Shown here: in pieces, positions 27,783-38,525 of the stretch
How positions within the stretch are numbered: position 1 is the stretch's first letter
Layout of the letters: each line of letters starts with the position of its first letter
Assembly (NCBI GenBank): GCA_963717135.1
Contig: CAVQVN010000009.1
Coordinates: 318,386 to 382,385 of the forward strand
Source of the DNA: an uncultured Actinomycetota bacterium
Lineage (GTDB): Bacteria; Actinomycetota; Acidimicrobiia; Spongiisociales; UBA4744
DNA length: 64,000 nucleotides
Reading direction: 5' to 3'
Notes under the pieces: model-generated
What the model saw: the letters and a program-made list of their open reading frames with translations, nothing else
Databases searched by the model: none
Told to the model about the DNA's origin: nothing
Position numbers and translations under genes: made by a program

Positions 27783-30182
27783 ATGGATCGACCGTCGGGG
27801 ACAGTCACGTTCCTGTTCACCGACATCGTGGGTTCAACGCGGGCGTGGGAGTCGCACCCGCAGGAGATGCGGGCGGTTCTGGCCGAGCACGAGCGCATCC
27901 TCCGGGTCGCTTTCGACCGCCACGGCGGGTACGTGTTCGCCACTGGTGGAGACTCCTTTTCCGTGGCGTTCATTGCTCCCGATCAGGCAGTACAAGCCGC
28001 ACTGGAAGGACAAGGGGCGCTCAACGAAGGGCCTTTCGAGGCGGTCGGCGGTTTGGCCGTGCGGATGGCCATCCACACCGGCCTCGCCGAGGAAAGGGAC
28101 GGCGATTACTTCGGTCCGCCGCTCAACCGGGTGGGTCGCATGTTGTCGGTCGCCCAGGGCGGACAAATCGTCGTATCCCAGACGGTGGCCGACATGGTCC
28201 GTTATGCGCTGCCAGGCGATGCGCAACTCCGTGATCTTGGGAAGGTTCAACTGAAAGACGTCTCGGTGTCTCAGCATCTGTGGGAGGTCACAACCACAGA
28301 CGTAGGAACCAAGCTCCCCAAGCGGACGGCGGTGACCGCGGTTATGGCCTTCGCGGTGATCGCAGCCGCCATCGCGGTATTCTTCCCGGCCGGAAACGAT
28401 CCCGAGACCACGCCGACTACCGACACGGCTCCGTCCACGAGTACGGCAAACGCCTCGATCCCCTCGTTATGGCATACCCAGATCGACGGCGAACCGCTCA
28501 ACATCTTCACCGTCGGTTCAGGTGTCTACGTGGCCTATCGGGCCGATGTGGCATATCGTCTCGCCGCATACGACGGCTACACCGGTACACCCAGATGGGA
28601 GCACGCCACCGCCGACGGCCCGGCTCGCTATATCTCCACCGACGCCGAGGGTCCATCCGCCGATCTGGCTACCAACCCGGACGGTAGCTATCTGTACGTT
28701 GTTTCGGGGGCCTGGCTCGAGGTTCTTCACCCCGATGGCGAGGTCATCCCGCGGTGCGCGACCAAACTCCCCCTCAGCCTGGCCGGCGTAGCGGTTGATG
28801 CTCGTGGGATTTACGTCCTCAGCGGCAGCACCCTTCATCTGGTCAAGAACAATCCAGGCGGATCGCTCTGTCTGGAGATCCGTGGGGAGAACACCACGGC
28901 CGGACGCGGGGCACTCCCAGTGTTCGGCCCATTCGTTGCCGGGAACCTGATTGTGACTGGAGACGGACTGGCTGTCTATGGGTGGGATGCCGACTCCCTA
29001 CGACCCAAGTGGCAGTTCCCGGCAATTGGCTCGCTTCCAGTAAAGGGACTGCAGGTGGAGTACCGCCAGGAGTTCTCGGTGCAAGGATCGAATGTCAACC
29101 AAACGGCCGTGTTGGTCCACACGACCGACCTAGCCGACCCCGAGGCACCTTGGAAGTTCATCCATCTCGACCCCGACCGGCCCCCAGCTGAGGGCGAACT
29201 CGGAAACCAGGAAGTTGACAGGCTCTCCCCAGCGGTCCTGTTCCACGATCTGATCGGTGTGGTGGAGCCGAGCGGTGACTTGGTTTTCTACGATCTCAAC
29301 CTCGAGGTGGAAGCCTCCCGTTTCCACGGGCCGATCAGGGCGGCCATCAGCACCAACTCGTTCGTGGTGATCGCGACAGAGACTTCTGAAGCCGACCTCG
29401 AAGGGGAATCGACCAATTCGCTTCGCTGGCTGCGACCTAGAGAAGGGACGGTGCGATACGAAGTTGTGCTACCGACCGGTCCGATTCGTGCCCTGTCGGG
29501 CAGTGAGGATCTCATCCATGTCCTCACCGAAGACGGACACATCTATTCGTTCCCAACCGTGCCGGGCACAACGCCTCAATCCGATCCGTATGTGAGGCCT
29601 CCGCTGCCCACCGCAAACACAGACCCGATCGCAGCCGTCGAGGCTCTCCACGATGCTCTCAACAGTGGCAGCGTGCAGCGCACCAAGCAACATCTCGCCG
29701 TCGGAGCACTGGCGAACTACGGAATTCCCGACGGCACCCTCTGGTCGGGCATCTACCGGCAGGAATACTGGGAGCCCCACGTCGAAGCCGACGGTTTGCT
29801 GGGTGCCCGATGGACGGTCACCGACTGCACTTCGGCGCCGCGAACCCGGGGCGGTCCCGGCGTTCTGGTCAAATGCCGGCTCACCTTCACCAACGACGTC
29901 CGTGACGCCGCCGGAGAACCCCCCGTCACCCAAGACCAGAGCTTCGCCGCGTACAACGGACTCATCTACGAATTCGGAGAACGGTCCTCCGCCGACAAGT
30001 CCCCGGCTCTCGACGCGCTGGATGAGTGGCTCCAAGAGAACTACCTGGAGAGTTGGGACGCCTTCTGCCGCGGCGAAGCAGGCGGAGGAACGTTCTACTA
30101 CGGGGGAGGCCTGCTCGACGTCGAGTGCGCCCGCTTCCGGGCCGAACACCTCGAAGAGTGGGCGGCAAGCCTCGGCGGCTAA
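27783..30182 (+). CDS. Receptor-like class III cyclase: N-terminal cyclase, TM helix, extracellular beta-propeller-like and C-terminal domains
   Basis: RBS AGGAGG; TFLFTDIVGST, GGDSF, RMAIHTG, DYFGPPLNRVGR; TM AVTAVMAFAVIAAAIAVFF; PQQ-like AYDGYTGTPRW and GWDADSLRPKWQF. Confidence 0.85.
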   Translation: MDRPSGTVTFLFTDIVGSTRAWESHPQEMRAVLAEHERILRVAFDRHGGYVFATGGDSFSVAFIAPDQAVQAALEGQGALNEGPFEAVGGLAVRMAIHTGLAEERDGDYFGPPLNRVGRMLSVAQGGQIVVSQTVADMVRYALPGDAQLRDLGKVQLKDVSVSQHLWEVTTTDVGTKLPKRTAVTAVMAFAVIAAAIAVFFPAGNDPETTPTTDTAPSTSTANASIPSLWHTQIDGEPLNIFTVGSGVYVAYRADVAYRLAAYDGYTGTPRWEHATADGPARYISTDAEGPSADLATNPDGSYLYVVSGAWLEVLHPDGEVIPRCATKLPLSLAGVAVDARGIYVLSGSTLHLVKNNPGGSLCLEIRGENTTAGRGALPVFGPFVAGNLIVTGDGLAVYGWDADSLRPKWQFPAIGSLPVKGLQVEYRQEFSVQGSNVNQTAVLVHTTDLADPEAPWKFIHLDPDRPPAEGELGNQEVDRLSPAVLFHDLIGVVEPSGDLVFYDLNLEVEASRFHGPIRAAISTNSFVVIATETSEADLEGESTNSLRWLRPREGTVRYEVVLPTGPIRALSGSEDLIHVLTEDGHIYSFPTVPGTTPQSDPYVRPPLPTANTDPIAAVEALHDALNSGSVQRTKQHLAVGALANYGIPDGTLWSGIYRQEYWEPHVEADGLLGARWTVTDCTSAPRTRGGPGVLVKCRLTFTNDVRDAAGEPPVTQDQSFAAYNGLIYEFGERSSADKSPALDALDEWLQENYLESWDAFCRGEAGGGTFYYGGGLLDVECARFRAEHLEEWAASLGG

Positions 30183-30391
30183 TCGCATCACTCGAGCGCC
30201 GCGCCGCTGCTCGCCCAACCCGAGAACGGGCAGGAGTGGGGGCGACTGACCCAGGCAATACCTCAGTCAAGAACCGCGTCGGCCACAAACGACTGTCCTG
30301 GCTAATCTGCGACGGCTGAGTTCGGGGCTTGTTTCCCGCTTCGAGGCATCGTCATCGATGCCGACCTCGTCCGAAGTGAAAGAGAGTCTCT

Positions 30392-30940
30392 ATGCCGTCG
30401 GCAAGCCCCGTTACCGTTGCGATATCCCGCAGATTGAAGCCAGGATCAGAAGCGGAGTTCGAACGGTGGGTGGACGGCATCATCTCCGAGGGGTCGGGGT
30501 TTCCCGGTTTCCTCGGGTCCGGCTATATCCGCCCGGCCGTCCCCGACGGGGAGCACACGGTCATCTACCGGTTCGATACCCCAGAACACTTCGAGGCGTG
30601 GCAGTCCTCTGAGGAACGCCTGCGATGGTCCGATCGTTCGAGTCGTTTCATCGTCGGCGAGCCGCATGTGGAGAAGGCAACCGGGCTCGAGTACTGGTTT
30701 CATGATCCCCACGATTCGTCCGACTCGTCGCCGCCGCGGTGGAAGCAGGCCCTCTTGACCTGGGTAGGCCTCTACCCCACTGTGCTTCTGGTGGCCTACA
30801 CCGTCGGCGCGGCCGTCTCCGGTTGGTCTATTCCACTCCGAAGTGCACTCACCACCGGCCTGGCCGTGCCCATCATGACCTGGGCCGTCATGCCGTTCGT
30901 CACCAAGTTGTTCCGTCGATGGCTGCGACCCACGACCTGA
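30392..30940 (+). CDS. Antibiotic biosynthesis monooxygenase (ABM) domain membrane protein
   Basis: FPGFLG, YRFDTPEHFEAWQSSEER, TGLEYWF, PPRWKQAL, MTWAVMP. Confidence 0.88.
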   Translation: MPSASPVTVAISRRLKPGSEAEFERWVDGIISEGSGFPGFLGSGYIRPAVPDGEHTVIYRFDTPEHFEAWQSSEERLRWSDRSSRFIVGEPHVEKATGLEYWFHDPHDSSDSSPPRWKQALLTWVGLYPTVLLVAYTVGAAVSGWSIPLRSALTTGLAVPIMTWAVMPFVTKLFRRWLRPTT

Positions 30941-31066
30941 TCTGTTAATGCCCGACCGTTCCCGGCGGTTGGAGCCACAAACACGGGTTCTTTCCCCTCC
31001 CACCTCAGTGGTGCGCTCTCACATGAGCCGTTTGTAAGCGATACGCTTGAGGACCTGGAGGTGAAC

Positions 31067-32044
31067 ATGGCAGGAATCTTGGGTTTCGGGGGTTATGTCC
31101 CCGAGCGGGTGATGACCAACGACGACTGGGCCGCCTTGGTGGACACCACCGACGAGTGGATCACCACTCGCACCGGAATCAAGCGCCGCCGGTTCGCAGC
31201 CGACGACGAAACCACCCTCGATCTGGCTGCCGCCGCCGCCGAGCGAGCCCTGGCCGATGCCGGTCTCGAACCAGAAGACATCGACGAAATCATCGTCGCC
31301 ACAGACACCCCCGAGGTATATACCCCGGACACGGCCTCCTTCTTGCAGCATCGATTGGGTTGCCGCAATGTGCCCAGCTACGACCTGGGCGGCAGCGGCT
31401 GCGCCGGCTTCGTACAGGCCATCGACGTCGCTCGGACCCGCATCCATTTCGCCTCGCGGCGGGTGCTGGTGGTCGGTGTCGAGCTGATCTCGCGCCTCAT
31501 GTCTTGGAAGGATCGGGCCACCTGTGTCTTGTTCGGCGACGGGGCCGGAGCGGTGGTGCTGGGGCCGGGCCCGGCCAAGGCGGAGGTTGTCGAGGTGGTG
31601 GCCGGAACCGACGGGAGCCGCTGGGACATCCTCACTTTGCGCACCGGCGGCACCCGTCACCCGTTTACCGCCGAGGCAGCCGCCAGCGGGGCTCACCGCA
31701 ACCTCGAAATGCAGGGCACCGAAGTTTTCCGCGAAGCAGTGCGGCACATGAGTGATGCGGTGATGGATCTGCTCCACCGCATCGACCGAACCGTCTCCGA
31801 CGTGGCTCTGGTCGTCCCTCATCAAGCCAACCGGCGGATCATCGACGCAGTCCGGCACCGGCTCGGTGTGGACGAGGAGCGGGTATACGTCAACGTCCAC
31901 GAGTACGGCAACACCGGGTCGGCTTCGGTGCCCCTGGCGCTGTGGATGGCACGGCAGGAGGGGGCCGTCAAGGAGGGTGATCTGGTAGCCCTCACTTCAT
32001 TTGGTGCCGGGTTTCATTGGGCGGCCGCGGCTCTCCAGTTCTAG
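31067..32044 (+). CDS. fabH: 3-oxoacyl-ACP synthase III
   Basis: DTTDEWITTRTGI, GCAGF, LFGDGAGA, VPHQAN, YGNTGSAS, FGAG. Confidence 0.92.
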   Translation: MAGILGFGGYVPERVMTNDDWAALVDTTDEWITTRTGIKRRRFAADDETTLDLAAAAAERALADAGLEPEDIDEIIVATDTPEVYTPDTASFLQHRLGCRNVPSYDLGGSGCAGFVQAIDVARTRIHFASRRVLVVGVELISRLMSWKDRATCVLFGDGAGAVVLGPGPAKAEVVEVVAGTDGSRWDILTLRTGGTRHPFTAEAAASGAHRNLEMQGTEVFREAVRHMSDAVMDLLHRIDRTVSDVALVVPHQANRRIIDAVRHRLGVDEERVYVNVHEYGNTGSASVPLALWMARQEGAVKEGDLVALTSFGAGFHWAAAALQF

Positions 32045-32085
32045 ACGCCGGTCGGAGTTCGCCGGTCCCTTCTTCGGGCGACGAT

Positions 32086-32853
32086 CTAGGCCAGGTCAAA
32101 ACCCTGTTGACGAAGAACCTGTCTCAGGCCGGTGCGCTGGGGCTGGGAAACCCGCCGCGCCGAGTGCTCCATCCACCCGTAATCTTCCGTCTCCCCCGCT
32201 CCGCCGGGCACCAGCACCCGGCGTCCCTGGTAGATGCCGGTCGCCGCCATGACCCGGTCGTATTCCCGCAATGCCTCTTCCTCACCGTGATCGTCATAGG
32301 TTTCCCAGTGCAGGATGGCCGAGGTAGCCAGGCGGGGCTTCTGCTCCGGCATGGCTTCCGGCCAGCCCAGGGTCATGCCGGCGATGGGAAAGGTCAGCCG
32401 GGGCAACTGCAGCAGTTCGATCACCTCGGCCGGATCGTTGCGGATCGCTCCGATGTAGCAGCCGCCCAGTCCCAGCGACTCGGCCGCCAGGGTGGCCGTC
32501 TGCATGAGGATGGCTACATCGACGGCGGCGACCAGAAAGGGCTCGACATGCTCGACAGACTGGGTGTAGCCACGGTTCCGGCAGACCCGGTCCAACCGGC
32601 TGCGATCGGCGCACCAGGCCAGAAAAACCGGCGCCTGGGCTATCTGAGCCTGTTGGCCGCACAGTTCTGCCAGGCGGGCTCGTCGGGCCGCATCGGTCAC
32701 GGCTACCACGCTGTACATCTGCAGATTGGACGATGTGGCGCTGCGCTGGGCCGCCGCCACGATCGTCTCCACGAGCTCGACCGAAACCGGCTCGGGACTG
32801 AACCGGCGGACCGAAACGTGCCGGTGAATCTGCTCAATCACTGGTGTGGTCAT
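32086..32853 (-). CDS. NADPH-dependent flavin oxidoreductase (NfsA/NfrA family)
   Basis: HVSVRRF, ATSSNLQMYSVV, AESLGLGGCYIGAIRN, KPRL. Confidence 0.92.
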   Translation of the reverse strand: MTTPVIEQIHRHVSVRRFSPEPVSVELVETIVAAAQRSATSSNLQMYSVVAVTDAARRARLAELCGQQAQIAQAPVFLAWCADRSRLDRVCRNRGYTQSVEHVEPFLVAAVDVAILMQTATLAAESLGLGGCYIGAIRNDPAEVIELLQLPRLTFPIAGMTLGWPEAMPEQKPRLATSAILHWETYDDHGEEEALREYDRVMAATGIYQGRRVLVPGGAGETEDYGWMEHSARRVSQPQRTGLRQVLRQQGFDLA

Positions 32854-33018
32854 GTTGCTCCTTTGGGTCGGAACGATCGATCGAGGATTTGGTGTGACGG
32901 GTGTCTGATTGCGGCAGGACGGATTCGAGAACGCCCCTATTCGGCTCGCCCCCGATCGAGCCAGACTATCAGCCACGCCACCAGCCTCTTGACGGCCGAT
33001 CCGGACAGTGATAGGTTC

Positions 33019-33035
33019 AGTTTGTGACACAAACT
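33019..33035. promoter_or_regulatory. Palindromic operator
   Basis: AGTTTGTG-A-CACAAACT, followed by a further AGTTTG half-site, just upstream of the membrane protein/regulator pair. Confidence 0.65.
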
Positions 33036-33058
33036 AGTTTGCAGATTTTCCGGGAGGC

Positions 33059-33682
33059 ATGATGTCAAACGATTTCAGCACGGAAAGAATCGAACAGCGG
33101 ACCCGGGCGGCGGTGTATCGGGATGGATTGCTCGAATTGTTTGCAGCGGCCGTCCTGCTGATCATCGCCGGGATGTGGTTCATCTCACCGGCGTTGATCG
33201 GAGTCGCCGCAGCCCTCATCGTGATCTTCGGTTGGAGGGTGCTCGAGCGGGTCAAGCTCCGGATCACCTATCCCCGGATCGGCTACTTCCAGGAACGTGC
33301 CGAGGACCCGGGGACTACGACGCGGGGAATGCTCGTCTTCATCGGCGGTGCAATCATCTTGATGGTCGGGGCGATTGCCCTGTCCGGCGGTCTCACCGAC
33401 GTGGCCGAATGGCGTCGAGCCGCACCGCTGCTATCGGGAATCAGCCTGACCGGGGGTTTCTGGTACCTGGCCGACCGATCCGGATTGATCCGACACCGGT
33501 TCGTGGCCGTGTACTCGGTAGTCACCGGCATCTTGTTGTGGGTATTCACCTCTGGAGATAACTACTTGCCGGTCGCCTGGCATCTGCTCGGTCTGGCCGC
33601 CCCGCTGGCCGCAATCGGGACCTGGGCTCTGGTCCGCTTTCTGCGCACCAACCCGACCCGCAACGGCGTTGTCGATGGCTGA
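33059..33682 (+). CDS. Hypothetical multi-pass membrane protein
   Basis: RBS GGGAGG; DGLLE, KLRITYPRIGY; about 6 TM segments. Confidence 0.82.
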   Translation: MMSNDFSTERIEQRTRAAVYRDGLLELFAAAVLLIIAGMWFISPALIGVAAALIVIFGWRVLERVKLRITYPRIGYFQERAEDPGTTTRGMLVFIGGAIILMVGAIALSGGLTDVAEWRRAAPLLSGISLTGGFWYLADRSGLIRHRFVAVYSVVTGILLWVFTSGDNYLPVAWHLLGLAAPLAAIGTWALVRFLRTNPTRNGVVDG

Positions 33683-33980
33683 GTTACCGCCTCCTATTGA
33701 ACCCGATCGGCTGGTCCACGAGCCGGGCCGGCTGGCGGTCCTGGCGGTCCTCAACGCGGTCGAGCAGGCCGACTTCCTGTTCCTCCTGGATCAGACGGGC
33801 CTCACCAAGGGGAATCTGTCTTCGCACACGGCCAAACTCGAGGCGGCCGGCTACGTCGATGTAGAGAAGGCCTTTGTCGGCAAGATCCCGCGCACCGTCT
33901 ACCGGCTCACGAAAGCGGGTCAACAGGCGCTGGCGGCTTACCGGGATCACATGGCCGGGGTCTTCGACGCCATCGGCTGA
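33675..33980 (+). CDS. Winged-helix transcriptional regulator (HTH_34, ArsR/MarR-like)
   Basis: DRLVHEPGRLAVL, LTKGNLSSHTAKLEAAGYV, PRTVYRLT. Confidence 0.9.
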   Translation: MAELPPPIEPDRLVHEPGRLAVLAVLNAVEQADFLFLLDQTGLTKGNLSSHTAKLEAAGYVDVEKAFVGKIPRTVYRLTKAGQQALAAYRDHMAGVFDAIG

Positions 33981-34023
33981 GCCAGGGGCGTCCCGCTCAT
34001 CCGTCCTCACGGCCGACGATACG

Positions 34024-35298
34024 ATGCCGATTGCAGACTGCCCGAATCAACGGCACTCACCGCTGGGAGAAGACTTGGCTTCCGCTCCAACCCGGGTTGC
34101 AGAGCAGCACCTCGCTGCCTTGTGTTCCGTACAACCCGACCGCAGACCGGGGGGTCACGGAAATCACCAGGCGACGGAGTACGTGGCCGGCGAGTTGGCG
34201 CGGGCGTCGTGGACGGTTCAGACGCAGGAGTTTGGCTGCCTCGATTGGGGATCCGACGGCGCTTCGATCACGGTCGGGGGCACGACGCTGGCGTTGACCC
34301 CGAGCCCGTATGGTCTGGGGGTCGCAGCTTTCGGTCCGCTTCGGATACTCCATTCTGTTGAGAGTCTCAGGAGGACGGATCTGGCCGGCTCGATCGTGGT
34401 GCTCACCGACGCACTTGCAGCAGAACCTCTCACCCCCCGAGCGTTTCCGTTCTACGGGTCGGAAGAACACACGGCAATTCTCGATTCGCTCGAGGAGTCC
34501 CGTCCGGCCGCCGTAATCGCCGTCACCGGCCGGTACCCGGAGTTGTGTGGAGCTCTCGACCCGTTCCCTCTCATCGAGGATGGCGATTTCACCATCCCGA
34601 CCGCGAACGTTCGTCCCGCCGATGCCGTACATCTGCTCAACGCCGAAGGATCAATGGCGTCGGTTGAGATTCGTTCGGAACGCCGGCCCTCGAAAGCCCG
34701 AAACATCATGGCGATTCGGGAACCTCGGAACCATCGAATCACGGTGGTGGCCCATATCGACACCAAGCCGGGTACGCCGGGAGCGGTCGACAATGCCGCC
34801 GGCGTCGTCGTGTTGCTTCTCCTCGCCGACCTGCTCTCACCGACCAGGCATACCCATCTGCCGATCGGAATTGAACTCTTGGTAGTCAACGGCGAGGACC
34901 ACTTCGCGGCACCCGGCGAGGTGGCCTGGCTCGAAGCGAATGACGGCCGGCTCGATGACGTGGCTCTGATGATCAACATCGATGGAGCCGGATACTGCGA
35001 GGGCGGCTCTGCCTTTTCCCTATACAACGTCGACGACGGCATAACGGCCCATGTCAAGCGGTCATTCGCCGGTTATGCCGACATCGCCGAAGGGCCGGGG
35101 TGGTACCAGAGCGATCATGCGATCTTTGCCATGCAGGGCAGAGCCGCCCTTGCCATCACCACCGAACGCGTCCAGGAGATGCTGGCCGTTCTGTTCCACT
35201 CACAGCACGACACACCCGACAAGGTCGACATCAATCGCATCATCAATATCGCCACGGCGTTGGAGTCGCTACTGGCCAATTGGCCCGGCCAAGATTGA
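34024..35298 (+). CDS. M28 family metallopeptidase
   Basis: VAHIDT, GAVDNAAG, NGED, INIDG, QSDH, HSQHD. Confidence 0.88.
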   Translation: MPIADCPNQRHSPLGEDLASAPTRVAEQHLAALCSVQPDRRPGGHGNHQATEYVAGELARASWTVQTQEFGCLDWGSDGASITVGGTTLALTPSPYGLGVAAFGPLRILHSVESLRRTDLAGSIVVLTDALAAEPLTPRAFPFYGSEEHTAILDSLEESRPAAVIAVTGRYPELCGALDPFPLIEDGDFTIPTANVRPADAVHLLNAEGSMASVEIRSERRPSKARNIMAIREPRNHRITVVAHIDTKPGTPGAVDNAAGVVVLLLLADLLSPTRHTHLPIGIELLVVNGEDHFAAPGEVAWLEANDGRLDDVALMINIDGAGYCEGGSAFSLYNVDDGITAHVKRSFAGYADIAEGPGWYQSDHAIFAMQGRAALAITTERVQEMLAVLFHSQHDTPDKVDINRIINIATALESLLANWPGQD

Positions 35299-35374
35299 TC
35301 GGTTTTGCCGGAAATGGCCGCCCGTCTCCCCGTAGGGTGTGCCGGTACTTCGCGAGCAGCGATAACGTTCTTAC

Positions 35375-35990
35375 ATGGATCGAACATCGTTTCAGGCGAT
35401 AGACCGACGGTTGACCCATTGGATGGCCCAGCACGGATTGACGCTCCTGCGGGTCAGTATCGGGCTCGTCTTCTTCTGGTTCGGAGTCCTCAAGTTCTGG
35501 CCGGGCTTGAGCCCCGCCGACCAACTGGCCACCGAGACGATCGACCGGTTGTCTTTTGGTCTGGTAAGTGGAGACATCGCTCGAATCCTGCTGGCACTCC
35601 TCGAAACGGCCATCGGGATCGGACTCATCTCAGGCCTTTTCATGCGCTTGACCCTGTTGCTGCTGGTGGGCCAGATGCTCGGCACGGTGACACCCCTGTT
35701 CTTGTTTCCCGAGGTGACCTGGTCGGACTTATTCGTGCCGACCCTGGAAGGTCAATACATCCTCAAGAACATGGTGCTGGTCTCGGCCGCCCTCACGATC
35801 GGGGCCACCGTCCGGGGCGGCGGCCTGATCGATGATCCGGACGTCCTCGACGAAGTGAAGGCCCGGCCGCCGCGCCCGGGAACCGCCGGTAGTAGCAGAA
35901 CACGGTGGCCGACGCATCGAACCTGGTACCGGCCCGGACACCGGGCTCGTGGCCAAGCCCAGCGGTCCGGGCATGGACGTCTGTCACTAG
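35375..35990 (+). CDS. DoxX family membrane protein; 3' end probably frameshifted
   Basis: LRVSIGLVFFWFGVLKF, TLEGQYILKNMVL. The ORF as written runs through the next gene to 36331; a +1 shift near 35865 would end it at TAG 35990. Confidence 0.75.
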
Positions 35991-36020
35991 CCTCGGATCG
36001 GCGTCAGAACGGGAGAGATA

Positions 36021-36411
36021 ATGGAACACAAACCGGCCGCAGACATCAGCTGGGTCCCGGCGGGCGACGAGCACTTCACCGGAACCGTCCTTTTCGGACC
36101 CTTGTCCTCGGGTCCGGATCGCAGTCTCAACGCTCTCGCCGTGCTGTTCGAGCCGGGGGCTCGCACCGATTGGCACACCCATCCCGACGGTCAGGTTCTC
36201 TACATAACCTCCGGGGCCGGCAAAGTGCAGACGAGCGACGGGGAGACCGTGCGAGGTGTCGCCGGGAGATGTTGTCTACACGCCGACCGGCGAGAAACAC
36301 TGGCACGGCGCCACCGAAACCAGCTATCTGATGCACCTATCGCTCACAACCGGCGGAACCACCGAATGGCTCTCGGAGAGAGTCAACGACGCGGACTACC
36401 AACGTGGGTGA
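36021..36411 (+). CDS. Cupin domain protein with +1 frameshift near 36252
   Basis: FEPGARTDWHTHPDGQVL continues in the +1 frame as EVSPGDVVYTPTGEKHWHGA..MHLS..EWL to TGA 36411. Confidence 0.85.
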
Positions 36412-36416
36412 CACGA

Positions 36417-37337
36417 CTAGCTGCTCTCGGTTCCCCTGACGAAGTCGGGGCGCTGGAAGGCGGGTTCCGGGTAGTCGTAGAAACCTTTACCTGACTTGAC
36501 ACCCAGCTCGCCCGCCTCCACCTTGGTTTTCAAGAACCGGCGCAGACGTCGAACCCGGGGAAGAAAGGCGACGAATCTTGTCTTCGCCGAGACCACTTCG
36601 TCGGCCAAGTCGATACCGACCAGATCCAGAATCCCGAAGGGACCAATGGGCATTTTGGTGACACCCATCCACGCCCGGTCCACATCTTCGATCGAGGCTA
36701 CCTCCTCGGCCCTCAATTGCATGGCCGCGCTGAGGACGGCATTGAGCATCGAGTTGAACACATAACCCGGGCTCTCCTTCCTGAGCACTATGGGAACCTG
36801 GTCGATACGGAGGGCGAGCCGGCGCAGCAGGGTAACCACGTCCGAACGGGTTCCGGGATGGGGCATGACGTCCACGACGTTGGAATCCCAGACCGGCTGG
36901 TGAAAGTGGAAGGCGCAGAATTGTCCGGACCGTCCGGTCGAACCGGCAATCTTGGATGGAAGCAAGAACGAGGTATTGGTAGTGAAGACCGCTTCGGGGG
37001 GACATAGCTCATGGAACTGAGCGAAGACCTGCCGTTTGACTTCGAGACTCTCAGAGACCGATTCGCTCACCAGACTGACGCCCTGCGCTGCCTTGGCAGC
37101 ATCGATTTCCAATCCGATTCGGGCGAGCGTCTGGCGGGCTTCTGCTGCGACGAGCAGACCTCTGTCTGTGAACTCCTGGGCGAACCGGTCCAGAGCGACC
37201 GCGGCGTCGCCCAATGCCCGGTCGCTGACGTCGTAAAGAACTACGTCGTAGCCATGGGTGGCAAATTGCCAGCCAATCTGTGTTCCCATTGTTCCTGAAC
37301 CAATCATCAGGATCCGGCGAACATCGTTGATTTGCAT
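36417..37337 (-). CDS. 3-hydroxyacyl-CoA dehydrogenase family protein
   Basis: IGSGTMG, ESVSESLEVK, TNTS, FHF, PIGPFGILDLVGID, GVKSGKGFY. Confidence 0.92.
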   Translation of the reverse strand: MQINDVRRILMIGSGTMGTQIGWQFATHGYDVVLYDVSDRALGDAAVALDRFAQEFTDRGLLVAAEARQTLARIGLEIDAAKAAQGVSLVSESVSESLEVKRQVFAQFHELCPPEAVFTTNTSFLLPSKIAGSTGRSGQFCAFHFHQPVWDSNVVDVMPHPGTRSDVVTLLRRLALRIDQVPIVLRKESPGYVFNSMLNAVLSAAMQLRAEEVASIEDVDRAWMGVTKMPIGPFGILDLVGIDLADEVVSAKTRFVAFLPRVRRLRRFLKTKVEAGELGVKSGKGFYDYPEPAFQRPDFVRGTESS

Positions 37338-37581
37338 GCGAGCCTCCCCAATTCGATGAAGAGCGCCGTGGGATGCGCGGGTCTCCCGCGGGAACCCCTT
37401 CTTGTGAGCATACGCCCGCCCCACACCGGCCAATACCCCTATTCCCAGGAGAAAACCGGCCGGCCGGCCGGGCCTGTTCGAGCAAGGCGCTCGATTGGTC
37501 TCTGGCGGACCTGCCGATCGGCCCTGGTCACGAACTTAGCCAAGCGCGACATTGAAACGGACCGGTGAGAGGAGGTCTCCG

Positions 37582-38479
37582 ATGTTGTACGCCCTGGACC
37601 GTTCCCTGCTGAAACGCCTGAGACGGAGCGATCTCGTGTTCGAATTCCGAGGCGCCGAGATGCTGTGGGCCCGGTTTCGCACCGACCTCGACATCGTGAA
37701 GGCCATCCTTCCGAAGCCACTTGCCCCGGCTGAAGAACCCCTCGCGTCTGCGTTCGTCGCTCGATATCCGAACACCAACTTTGGAGTCACGTACTCGGAA
37801 GGAGCGCTGTTCTTACGGGCAACGTACAAGGAGGAGCCGGGGTGGTATTGCCTGGCGATGCCGGTGGACAACGACATGGCCATGGTCGGAGGGCGGGAGC
37901 AATTCGGATACCCCAAGAAGATCGCCGAGGAGATCACCCTGACACGCATCGACAACCATGCGGTCGGCCGGGTCGTGCGACGAGGCGTCGAGGTGCTGCA
38001 CATCGAGGCTGAACTCATCGACCCTGTGGAAGATTCGGCCCTCGACGCGATCGGGCCGGTGGTGAAGCGATCTGGACGGCAAACCCTGTCGAAAAGTCGT
38101 CTCCTTCAATTTCAAGTTCTCCCGGAGCCCGGATGGGCGCGGCTTCGACTACATACCCAGACTGATGCGGGAGGTTGTGCTGTTCCGTCCACGCGACGAT
38201 CTCATCAGCGGCACCGGCAAACTGGTAGTGGCGTCCTCGCCGTACGACCCGCTCGGCGACATCCCCGTCCTCGATCTGATGAACGTCGTCTACGGCACGT
38301 GGGACAACGACATGCTTCCGGGTCGAGTCGTCGCCCGTGTTGGCAACCCGCTCAACTTCGCCCGACACGCCATGTTCAAGGAGGACTACGTCGGCTGGGC
38401 ACTCGACCAGGGCGAGCTACCACGGCCTCCCAGCCGCCGTGAGCGAGCGCAACGCTGGAAAGCTATGCAGGAGTATTAG
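37582..38479 (+). CDS. Acetoacetate decarboxylase family protein with +1 frameshift near 38065
   Basis: RBS AGGAGG; GGREQFGYPKK Schiff-base motif; +1 frame continues FNFKFSRSPDGRGFDYIPRL..SSPYDPLGDIPV to 38479. Confidence 0.82.
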
Positions 38480-38525
38480 AAAGCGGTCGGTTGGAAGGGC
38501 TCCCCAAGCGGACCTTCCACACCGT

